Shown one piece after another: positions 50,546 through 61,037 of a stretch of 64,000 bases of DNA. Location: positions 1,617 to 65,616 of the forward strand of contig DASPMO010000103.1 in assembly GCA_035627015.1 (NCBI GenBank), written 5' to 3'. Each line of letters opens with the position of its first letter. Positions within the stretch are counted from its first letter, which is position 1. The notes below the pieces were generated by a model that was given only the letters and a program-made list of their open reading frames with translations, ran no database searches and had not been told where the DNA came from. Source of the stretch: Thermoanaerobaculia bacterium (GTDB lineage: Bacteria; Acidobacteriota; Thermoanaerobaculia; Gp7-AA8). The position numbers and the translations under genes were made by a program.

Positions 50546-51451
50546 ATGCTTTCCCTCGAACCGGAGCTTCAGTCGCTGCGGCCCATCCTCGGCGACGCGC
50601 GCGCCGGCGCGCTCATCGCCCGCGAGCGCCGCGAGATCTTCTCCCTCCATCCCGAGCTGCGCATCGGCGCCTGGCTCGGCGCGACCCTCCTCGCCACCGC
50701 CGCGGGCATCCTCCTCAAGAACAATCTCGAGCGCCTCGGCCCGCTCGTCCTGGCCATCCTCATCGCCCTCGCCGCCGCGGCGTGCTACGCGTGGACCTGG
50801 TTCCGCCGCTCCCGCGCCTCGGTGGTCGACGACTACGTGCTCCTCCTCGGCGCGCTCCTCGTCAGCGCCGACGTCGCCTTCATCGAGGCGCAGTTCCACC
50901 TCTTCGACGGCGCGTGGCGGCGCCACCTCTTCATCCTGGCCGTCCTGCACGCCGCCGCCGCGTACGCCTACGGCTCGCGCATGGTGCTGTCGCTCTCGAT
51001 CGTCGCCTTCGCCGGATGGATCGGCTTCGACAAAGGGCGCAGGTTCGACGAGCTGTACCTCCCCGCGCTCATCACCGCCGCGCTGCTCGTCGTCTGGCGC
51101 GCGGTCGACCGCCGCTGGCGCGGCGACGCGTTCTCCCGCACCTTCGAGCACTTCGCCGCCCACATCGCCCTCACCGGCGGGATGACCTACATGATCCGCG
51201 ACGTAGTCCGCGGCGGCCTGCTCACGCTGGCCATCGCCGCCATCGTCATCGCCTGGGGCTTCCGCTCGCGCAGCGAGCCGTTCGTGCTCTACGGATTCGT
51301 CTACGCCGTGATCGCGCTCGACGCCATCCTGCTCGAGCAGTTCCTCGGCAGTACGAAAGCAGAAGCCCTGACCGTCATCGTCCTGTCGATGATCGGCGCC
51401 ATCGCGGCCCTCATCGCCCTGCACGCGCACTTCCGGGAGGTGCGGTCATGA
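50546..51451 (+). CDS. Polytopic membrane protein (DUF2157-like)
   Basis: It has multiple TM helices. The N-terminal soluble segment LSLEPELQSLRPILGDARAGALIARERREIF is followed by membrane helices. The start is chosen at M13 of ORF 50510..51451, which avoids overlap with the divergent gene. Confidence 0.5.
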   Translation: MLSLEPELQSLRPILGDARAGALIARERREIFSLHPELRIGAWLGATLLATAAGILLKNNLERLGPLVLAILIALAAAACYAWTWFRRSRASVVDDYVLLLGALLVSADVAFIEAQFHLFDGAWRRHLFILAVLHAAAAYAYGSRMVLSLSIVAFAGWIGFDKGRRFDELYLPALITAALLVVWRAVDRRWRGDAFSRTFEHFAAHIALTGGMTYMIRDVVRGGLLTLAIAAIVIAWGFRSRSEPFVLYGFVYAVIALDAILLEQFLGSTKAEALTVIVLSMIGAIAALIALHAHFREVRS

Positions 51452-52401
51452 TGAGCGTCGCGCACGAGCGCGCACTGCTGCTCCGCAAATATGCGCCGAT
51501 GGAGATTCCGTGGCGCACCCACGGCCTCCTGCTGCGCGTCGTCCTGTTCGGATTGACCGTCGCCGGTGTCGCGGCCTTCGCCTGGCTCCTCGATGAATTC
51601 GACCTGGAGTGGCCGGGCACCGTCGCCGCCGCCATCGCCCTCTCCGTAGCCGAGGTGCTCATCCACGCGCGGCGCTGGTGGTGGACGGGAGTCGAAGAGG
51701 GACTCTGGCTCGCCGCCACGTATGCGGCGGTGAGTGATCTCCCCAGCAGCGGCCGCCCCGAGGCTGCGCTCGTCCTGGCGCTGGCCGCGGCCATCCCGGG
51801 GTTGCGCATGCGCAATCCCCTCTTCGGCGCCGTGGCCGCGATCTTCATCGTGCAGTACTTCGAGCTGCGCTTCGACCTCGGCGTCCTCAGCGCGCTCGTC
51901 ATCGCCGCGCTGGCCGTGCTCGCGCTCCTGCGCACCTGGCGGCGTCCATCGACGGAGTGGCTCTGGATCGCCATCGCCATCGCGCTCCCCGTGGCCGGCC
52001 GCGTCCACGCCGACGAGGTCTGGCGCGACCTGACCATCATTCTCTATGGTGCCTTCGGGGCGGCCACGCTCTTCCTCGCCATTCGCAAGCGCCACCACGC
52101 CCTCTTTCTCAGCGGCGCCATCGCCGCGGCCATCGCCGGCGTCGACCTCTCCGAGAAGTTCCCGTTCCCCGCCGAGGCCAAGCTCGCGCTCTCCGGCGCT
52201 CTACTGCTCGTAGGTTCCTGGCTGCTCGCCCGCGCCCTCAAAGATCGCAAACAAGGCTTCGTCACCACCCCCGCGAAGCTCACCGAATTCGACGACCAGC
52301 TCGAGCTCGCCGCCACCATTTCCATCCCCCAGCAAAATTTCGAGCAGAGAATGGAAAGCGGCGGCGAATTCGGCGGAGCAGGCGCCACCGGCAAGTACTA
52401 A
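51448..52401 (+). CDS. Polytopic membrane protein, function unknown
   Basis: This is an internal start (MMSVAHERALLL) of ORF 50086..52401. ATGATGA overlaps the upstream stop. It has about 8 hydrophobic helices. Confidence 0.55.
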   Translation: MMSVAHERALLLRKYAPMEIPWRTHGLLLRVVLFGLTVAGVAAFAWLLDEFDLEWPGTVAAAIALSVAEVLIHARRWWWTGVEEGLWLAATYAAVSDLPSSGRPEAALVLALAAAIPGLRMRNPLFGAVAAIFIVQYFELRFDLGVLSALVIAALAVLALLRTWRRPSTEWLWIAIAIALPVAGRVHADEVWRDLTIILYGAFGAATLFLAIRKRHHALFLSGAIAAAIAGVDLSEKFPFPAEAKLALSGALLLVGSWLLARALKDRKQGFVTTPAKLTEFDDQLELAATISIPQQNFEQRMESGGEFGGAGATGKY

Positions 52402-52793
52402 CCGCCACCCCGCAACCGGAAAATTGTTCCACGTGCCACATTGTGTGTGCACGTCCCCTCGCGACCACTACCGCTTGTGGTGTGCTTCCTCGAAATCCCC
52501 TTTTCCGCAGATCATCGATTCCGCTTGCTTTTCGCCCTTTTTCCGGCCGGAAAAGAAACGAAAAAGCTGATGAAATTACGCCTCGATCAGCTGCTGATAA
52601 TCAGCATGGAAATAATGTGCATAACGGGAGGAGAATTCGCGGATTTGCTGAGGAATCCGTGAAAACAGCCTTGTGCAAAACCCTGTGGAATTCCTGACGA
52701 GAAGTGGCGGATAAGCGGAGGAACAGAGGCGGAAAAGCACCTCACCACATACAGCAATCTCTACCATGTAAGTTGTTGGAAATAGCGGGACTT

Positions 52794-52840
52794 ATCGAAT
52801 ATGTTGTAGGTGGTGTGCAGAACACCACAAGATGTTGTGG
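52794..52840. promoter_or_regulatory. Two candidate NrdR boxes spaced 31 bp centre-to-centre
   Basis: ccacaagatgttgtgg (52825-52840) matches the acaCwAtATaTwGtgt consensus in about 12/16 positions and is palindromic. atcgaatatgttgtag (52794-52809) matches in about 10/16. They lie upstream of nrdJ. Confidence 0.5.
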
Positions 52841-52847
52841 TCTACTC

Positions 52848-52876
52848 TTGACTTCAGGGGGTGCCGGGCGTAGCTT
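52848..52876 (+). promoter_or_regulatory. Putative sigma70-type promoter of nrdJ (TTGACT-N17-TAGCTT)
   Basis: ttgact at 52848-52853, a 17-nt spacer, then tagctt at 52871-52876, directly after NrdR box 2. This would leave a ~245-nt leader. Confidence 0.4.
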
Positions 52877-53129
52877 GTCCACCATCAATTCAACAAGCGA
52901 AGTGAGGGAGGACGGATGAAGGATTTGAAGCACGACACTCGTCCCGCGAGCTACTCTCCGGTGCGCTCGGTATCGCTGCAGATTCGTGATTACCAGGTGA
53001 CGGTGAAAGTGCGATCGACGGTGCCGCAGACATCCTCCGTGAGACCGTCCAGACCACTCTTCCGCTGATCGCAGTTGCCGTCCACGAACGCCCGGTTCGG
53101 ACGGCTGTGTTGGGGAGAAAGAGGAGCAT

Positions 53130-56006
<2,877 letters not shown>

Positions 56007-56042
56007 TACGGTGAATGGCTCGTCCCACCGATGAGCATTGAG

Positions 56043-56075
56043 GAAGGGCGGCCGCAAGGCAGCCCTTTGTATTTC
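56043..56075 (+). terminator. Rho-independent terminator of nrdJ (GNRA-looped hairpin plus T tract); left copy of a duplicated hairpin
   Basis: gaagggcggcc-gcaa-ggcagccctt followed by tgtattt. It is nearly identical to 63908..63937. Confidence 0.7.
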
Positions 56076-56087
56076 AGGCGCCGATGC

Positions 56088-56960
56088 TCAACGTGGCACC
56101 GCCGTGTACTGCGCGGGCGAGAGACTGCACGTCGCCCCGACGTCGCCGTCGAGCGAGAACATGCGCGGCGTAGACGTGAACTGGTAGACGCGGTAGAGCG
56201 AGTAGTCCGCCGCAAATTCGCGGGAGAACGCCAACTCACCCAACGTGACATAGAACGGCGTCATCGGCCCGAGCTGCGTCGTCTTCACCTCGATGAATCG
56301 CTCGCGACCGATGGATGAGTAGGACAGCACGTCGTACCCCAATCCGTCCCCGCGAGTCACGGAAACGTGCTCCACCCGATCCGCGAGCACGTCCAGCCCA
56401 AGGGAGCTCAGTCGCGCGCGCTCGTAAGAAACGACGAGTTCTTCACCGCCAGCGCCGAGCGCGTGATTGCGAGCCTCGCGAGCGAGGTAATCCACTCGAC
56501 GTGCGTGCCGGCGCTGTGCCTGCGTCGTCAATGCCAAGCGTACCGATTCCAGGATGGCCGGCGGGCCGGCCATCAGCTCGAGCACGTTTCCTACGGCCGG
56601 CGGCTCGACGTCCGCTTCTGCGAACGTAACCGCGAGCTGGCTGAGTACCGCATCTTCCTCGAGGTGCTCGAGCACCACGTCGGAAAGCAGCCCCTGATAC
56701 TGCGACAGCGGCTTGTAGCCCGGGATGTATGGGAAGCGCGCCTCCATCAGGATCGCACTGATGTTCTGGTGCTTCCGCTCGATCGACCCGTCCGAGCGAT
56801 TGCGCAGGAGTGGACGGAGGCCCTTGCGGTGCGCGGTCTTGCTGTAAGGAATCCTGCGCAGCTCCTTCTCAAGCATGGAGAAGTAGTCCGCGACGATCGC
56901 CTCGACCTCCTCGGCCGACCATGCCTCGCCCCGCAGCACGACACCAGGATAGCCGCTCAT
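56088..56960 (-). CDS. DUF3883-domain protein (restriction-endonuclease-like C-terminal domain) with an unassigned N-terminal domain
   Basis: The C-terminus is GDGLGYDVLSYSSIGRERFIEVKTTQLG...FYVTLGELAFSRE...YSLYRVY. The N-terminus is WSAEEVEAIVADYFSML...RNRSDGSIERKHQNISAIL. The start is at MSGYPG; the GTG at 57044, which overlaps the vsr stop, is the alternative. Confidence 0.7.
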   Translation of the reverse strand: MSGYPGVVLRGEAWSAEEVEAIVADYFSMLEKELRRIPYSKTAHRKGLRPLLRNRSDGSIERKHQNISAILMEARFPYIPGYKPLSQYQGLLSDVVLEHLEEDAVLSQLAVTFAEADVEPPAVGNVLELMAGPPAILESVRLALTTQAQRRHARRVDYLAREARNHALGAGGEELVVSYERARLSSLGLDVLADRVEHVSVTRGDGLGYDVLSYSSIGRERFIEVKTTQLGPMTPFYVTLGELAFSREFAADYSLYRVYQFTSTPRMFSLDGDVGATCSLSPAQYTAVPR

Positions 56961-56983
56961 GGCGCCTATCCATGTCTGTCGCC

Positions 56984-57018
56984 GCTGCAGCTGACGCGGC
57001 TTCGCCGCGCAGTTGAGC
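56984..57018. repeat. Left copy of a ~35-bp direct repeat bracketing the vsr-REase-dcm module
   Basis: gctgcagctgacgcggcttcgccgcgcagttgagc compared with gctgcagctgacgcggctgtcgccgcgcagctgagc at 60024..60059. They differ by one indel and one mismatch. Confidence 0.8.
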
Positions 57019-57040
57019 TGGGGACGCACGACCGCCAAGA

Positions 57041-57487
57041 TCACAGCGGGGCGTTGAGGGCCCTTGCCACTTTACCGGCCGCTCGTTCGAGATCGCGGAG
57101 GATATCGGTTTCCCATAGCCGGACTACCGTCCACCCCGCGGCACGAAGCATGCGGGTATTGCGGCGGTCGCGGGCGGCATTCGCAGCGATTTTCGCCGTC
57201 CAATACGGCGCGTTGGTGCCTCGCGACAATCGCTCCTGACGCTCGCGCAGACGCCGGCCGTGCCAGAAATCACCGTCACAGAAAACGACAACTCTTGCGC
57301 GACGGAACACGAGATCCGGCTTTCCCGGGAGGTCTGCCGCGTGCAGTCGGTAGCGCAGTCCGCGACGCCACAACTCCTTCCGTAACAGCAGTTCCGCCTT
57401 CGTGTCCCGCGATCGATTCCGCTGCTTGATTCGCGACGTTGTTTCTGAAGCAGGCACGAAGCTCGAGAACCGTGGGACCTTCGGCAT
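57041..57487 (-). CDS. vsr: Very-short-patch repair endonuclease
   Basis: SRDTKAELLLRKELWRRGLRYRLH...PDLVF...VVFCDGDFWHG is the Vsr signature. Confidence 0.9.
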   Translation of the reverse strand: MPKVPRFSSFVPASETTSRIKQRNRSRDTKAELLLRKELWRRGLRYRLHAADLPGKPDLVFRRARVVVFCDGDFWHGRRLRERQERLSRGTNAPYWTAKIAANAARDRRNTRMLRAAGWTVVRLWETDILRDLERAAGKVARALNAPL

Positions 57488-57527
57488 AACGTCCGCGGTA
57501 GGGTACCCTAGTGCAACACCGCGCGAG

Positions 57528-58727
57528 ATGGTCCGTCCGCCCGCTCACACGCTCCCTTACACCGTCTATGGCGTCAGCCGCAGACACCGGGAGCCGCTGC
57601 TCCGCTTCATCTGTGATGCACTCGTAGCATCCGGCTGCCGCATCATTCATACGTCGGACGCAGGACACGCGCCATTCCGCATCAGCTTCGAGACCGCAGC
57701 CGGCGAGCGCATGGGCATCATTGCGTATGCCTTCTTTGCCAACAATCGCAACACGAAGAACCGGCCCACGGACGAGTATCGCTTTCAGCTCAAATACGGC
57801 GGCAAGCAAAGCCGTAACGTCCATGAGCTCTGGCAGGATCCCTACGGCCTCTACACGACACTGCTCGTCGGCATCAGCCCTGGCGAGCGATTCTACGTCG
57901 GCTACGATCCCGTTCTTCACAGCCCGACCAAGCACTTCATCTCGCTGGAGTTCAAAGAATCCTTTGTCGAAGAGATATTCGCGAAAGGCTGGACTTGGCG
58001 GGAGCGCGAACGAAAGCGTGCGCGTCCAGAGCCGATTGAAGTCATCGTGGGCGGCACCGTGGACTCCTTCCTCGACTACATTCGCTTCGAGCGCGAAGCG
58101 CGCGGCGAAGACCAGGGCCATCGCGCCCTTCTGGCGGAGCGGCGCGGCATCGTCGTCCCAACGACTACCGTCGCTACGGCTACGGACGTTCGTCCCCAGA
58201 CAGCCTACGTTCACCAGCTCGCACGTGAGTTCGAGATGTCCGAGCCTGCCATCCTGGACCTTATTGCAGACGCACGCCGGCTCAAGATGGCCGTCCGCGG
58301 CTGGGTTGCCGAACAGCACCTCGTCGAGCAGCTCAAACAGGTTGACGGCATCACCGATTGTGAGCGGATTGAAGCCGAGAACAGCCCCGACATCCAGCTC
58401 CGGTATGAAGGCAGCGATCTACTATTTGTGGAGTGCAAGAACGTTCTGCGCACACCCGCCAGAGACGGTGCGGCACGCGTCGACTTCCAGCGTACCCGCG
58501 CCTCCAAGGCGGACCCGTGCTCGCGCTACTACACGCCCGATGATTTCGACGTGCTCGCAGCTTGCCTGCATGCTCGTACGGAGCGTTGGGAGTACTCATT
58601 CGCGCTGACACACGATCTCGATTCGCATCGGAAGTGTGCTGGCAGATTGTCGAGCAATGTAGTTGTGGATTCTCGCTGGCGCGAAGACATCCGAGGTATC
58701 CTCGGCGCAGCAGTACGTGCCAGGTAA
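57528..58727 (+). CDS. Putative type II restriction endonuclease (PD-(D/E)xK C-terminal domain)
   Basis: It is divergent from vsr and abuts dcm (TAA then ATG). The candidate catalytic motif is SPDIQL...LLFVECKNV. The start is at M43 of ORF 57402..58727, which avoids overlap with vsr. The family was not recognised. Confidence 0.55.
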   Translation: MVRPPAHTLPYTVYGVSRRHREPLLRFICDALVASGCRIIHTSDAGHAPFRISFETAAGERMGIIAYAFFANNRNTKNRPTDEYRFQLKYGGKQSRNVHELWQDPYGLYTTLLVGISPGERFYVGYDPVLHSPTKHFISLEFKESFVEEIFAKGWTWRERERKRARPEPIEVIVGGTVDSFLDYIRFEREARGEDQGHRALLAERRGIVVPTTTVATATDVRPQTAYVHQLAREFEMSEPAILDLIADARRLKMAVRGWVAEQHLVEQLKQVDGITDCERIEAENSPDIQLRYEGSDLLFVECKNVLRTPARDGAARVDFQRTRASKADPCSRYYTPDDFDVLAACLHARTERWEYSFALTHDLDSHRKCAGRLSSNVVVDSRWREDIRGILGAAVRAR

Positions 58728-59987
58728 ATGACACCGATGAGCGTCCGGAAACCCCAGCCGAAAGTGATCAGCCTCTACTCCGGCGCGGGCGGTCTTGACT
58801 ACGGTTTCGAGGCCGCTGGTTTCGAGACCGTTTTCACTAACGATTTCGACCACGACTCCTGCGAGACCCTTCGGCTGAATCGCAAATGGCCGGTCGTCGA
58901 GCGGAGCATCTTCGATGTTCCGACGGAGGAGATCCTCACGATCGCAGGTGCCGACGTCGGCGAGATCGATGTCCTGATCGGTGGACCGCCGTGCCAGCCG
59001 TTCTCGAAATCGAGCTACTGGGCTCGCGGCGATGCTGCGCGGTTGAGCGATCCGCGGGCCGCGACGCTCGATGCTTACCTCCGTGTACTTGAGGAGGTGC
59101 AGCCGCTCGCGTTCCTACTCGAGAACGTTTACGGCATCGCGTATTCGGAAAAGAGTGAGGGACTGCAACTCCTGCTCAACAAGATCGCCGAGATCAATCG
59201 GCGCACCGGCACACGTTACAAGCCGAAGTTCGCGGTGCTCAACGCAGCCTGGTTCGGGGTCCCGCAGCTGCGCGAGCGGTTCTTCCTCATCGCTGCGCGT
59301 GACGGATCCCTCTTCGATTTCCCGAAAGCCGCGTTCGCGGCACCACCGGGCGAGCAGCAGCCCCTCGGTACGTTGCCGTCGTATCGCACGGCATGGGACG
59401 CGCTCGCTGACGTTCGGCCATCGCCGGACGAAGACCTGGAGCTCCGCGGGAAGTGGGCCGGTCTGCTGCCGTCCATCCCCGAAGGGCAGAACTATCTCCA
59501 TCACACCGAGCGCGGCGATGGCATGCCGCTCTTCGGGTGGCGCCGGCGCTACTGGAACTTTCTGCTGAAGCTCGCGAAGCGATTGCCGTCGTGGACCATT
59601 CAGGCCCAGCCGGGTCCGTCTGTCGGCCCCTTTCATTGGGAGAACCGCCGCCTCAGCCACCGTGAGCTCTGCCGCCTGCAGACCTTTCCTGACGACGTGC
59701 ACGTATCCGGCAACCGGATGTCCATCCAGCGCCAGACAGGGAACGCCGTGCCGTCACTGCTTGCGGAGGTGCTGGCACGCGAGATCAAGACTCAGCTCCT
59801 CGGCTATCGACGGACGAATGAGCCACTGCGACTCCTGCCGCCGGATCGCTCGCCCGCGCCGCCACCCGAGCGTGTGCGTGCGGTCCCTGCCGAGTACCAG
59901 AAGCTTGCCGGGCGACATCAGGCGCACCCGGGCACGGGTAAGGGACCACGATCGGTGCAGCAGCGTGCCGATGAGCTCTTCGTTTAA
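58728..59987 (+). CDS. dcm: DNA (cytosine-5)-methyltransferase
   Basis: Motif I LYSGAGGLDYGF, motif IV GGPPCQPFS, motif VI LLENV and motif X QTGNAVP. Confidence 0.93.
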   Translation: MTPMSVRKPQPKVISLYSGAGGLDYGFEAAGFETVFTNDFDHDSCETLRLNRKWPVVERSIFDVPTEEILTIAGADVGEIDVLIGGPPCQPFSKSSYWARGDAARLSDPRAATLDAYLRVLEEVQPLAFLLENVYGIAYSEKSEGLQLLLNKIAEINRRTGTRYKPKFAVLNAAWFGVPQLRERFFLIAARDGSLFDFPKAAFAAPPGEQQPLGTLPSYRTAWDALADVRPSPDEDLELRGKWAGLLPSIPEGQNYLHHTERGDGMPLFGWRRRYWNFLLKLAKRLPSWTIQAQPGPSVGPFHWENRRLSHRELCRLQTFPDDVHVSGNRMSIQRQTGNAVPSLLAEVLAREIKTQLLGYRRTNEPLRLLPPDRSPAPPPERVRAVPAEYQKLAGRHQAHPGTGKGPRSVQQRADELFV

Positions 59988-60023
59988 TTACCGACACGCT
60001 CAGGGAGTAGCCAATTGAATAGC

Positions 60024-60059
60024 GCTGCAGCTGACGCGGCTGTCGCCGCGCAGCTGAGC
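60024..60059. repeat. Right copy of the ~35-bp direct repeat bracketing the vsr-REase-dcm module
   Basis: See 56984..57018. The sequence is itself an imperfect palindrome (gcagctgacgcggc/gccgcgcagctg). Confidence 0.8.
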
Positions 60060-60072
60060 GCCGCCTGCTTCC

Positions 60073-60309
60073 TCAATCCGTTTTCGTGTTCTCCTGAATC
60101 GCCTGTCCGGCCGTTTCCATCGCCGTCCCCGTCTCGTGGGCAGCGTCCTTCGCTGCGTCGGTCGCGGCGGCGGTGTCGACGGTGGCCGTGGAGACGGTGG
60201 TGGTCTCGGTCGTGGCGGTCGAGCTGACTTCGCGCTCAGTCGTCTGCTGGCAGGCGGCGGTCGCGAGGAGCGCCAGGATGAGGATCGTGAAGATGGCGAA
60301 TGCTTTCAT
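60073..60309 (-). CDS. Small Thr/Ala-rich lipoprotein (78 aa)
   Basis: MKAFAIFTILILALLATAAC (lipobox) followed by a low-complexity T/A/E-rich tail. This is an internal start of ORF 60073..60777. Confidence 0.55.
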   Translation of the reverse strand: MKAFAIFTILILALLATAACQQTTEREVSSTATTETTTVSTATVDTAAATDAAKDAAHETGTAMETAGQAIQENTKTD

Positions 60310-60343
60310 GTTGCTTTCCCTCGGCCACGAAGGGAGCAAAAGC

Positions 60344-60526
60344 TCAGCCATGCGGCACGTGGTCCCGCATCCTCGCCGCAAAAGCGAGCGCCTCTTCCAG
60401 CCACCGGAGCCGTTCGGAGGGTGTCGCGGCGAGGGAGATGTCCAGCCGGCGCTCCTCGGCAGACTGAAAGTCGCCGCGCCAGTCGGGGGTGGGGGAGTCT
60501 GCTGTGGGCGTGGACTCAATGGCCAT
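60344..60526 (-). CDS. Small hypothetical protein (60 aa), overlaps the upstream nucleotidyltransferase gene by 11 nt
   Basis: It is ORF 60344..60526. The helical C-terminus reads TPSERLRWLEEALAFAARMR. Confidence 0.4.
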   Translation of the reverse strand: MAIESTPTADSPTPDWRGDFQSAEERRLDISLAATPSERLRWLEEALAFAARMRDHVPHG

Positions 60527-61010
60527 GACGCTTCCGGGCGATTGCCTCGAGTTGTTGAATGTCGATGGCGTCCTGTGGACGGGCGGCGGCGCGCTTCATG
60601 CGGATCAGATCCGCGATCGAGGCGACGCGGATGTTGCGGCCGCCGAGAGGCACGATGTCGGCTCGGGACCAGAGCTCGTGAAACGGGATCGGCTCCCGGG
60701 CGAAGAGATCGACTGTCAGCAGCGGGTTCTTTGTGTCGTGCATCGAGAAAACCTGCAGGCTCCGAGTCTCGATCCATTCGCGGCGCTTCTCCTCATCCGC
60801 GAAATCAATGGCATTCACGGGAAGCAGCGGACGCAAACCGCGGGCCGTCAATACCTCGATGGTCCGCCGGACATTTGCACTGTCGAGATCGATCACCAGA
60901 TCGATGTCCGCCGTCATCCGTGCATACCCTTGAATGACGACGGCCAGCCCGCCGACGACGACGAACCTCACGTTTGCTTCATCCAGTCCGGCCAGAAACT
61001 CTTCGAACAC
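60516..61010 (-). CDS. Nucleotidyltransferase-fold protein (minimal NTase, toxin-antitoxin-like context)
   Basis: VRFVVVGGLAVVIQGYARMTADIDLVID is a G-x-x...D-x-D NTase-type pattern. The C-terminus has ADLIRMKRAAARPQDAIDIQQL. Confidence 0.6.
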   Translation of the reverse strand: MFEEFLAGLDEANVRFVVVGGLAVVIQGYARMTADIDLVIDLDSANVRRTIEVLTARGLRPLLPVNAIDFADEEKRREWIETRSLQVFSMHDTKNPLLTVDLFAREPIPFHELWSRADIVPLGGRNIRVASIADLIRMKRAAARPQDAIDIQQLEAIARKRHGH

Positions 61011-61037
61011 GGAAGGAGGATAGCAGCGTGACTCGGT

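Noticed and set aside
52880-53129. A cobalamin riboswitch in the nrdJ leader.
   Set aside because: Only vague resemblance was found (ggtgaaagtgc, gtgagaccgtcc). There is no convincing B12 box (AGYCMGGAGACCKGCC-like) and no GCCACTG element. B12 riboswitches normally control B12-independent RNRs rather than nrdJ. An Infernal scan would be needed to revisit this.
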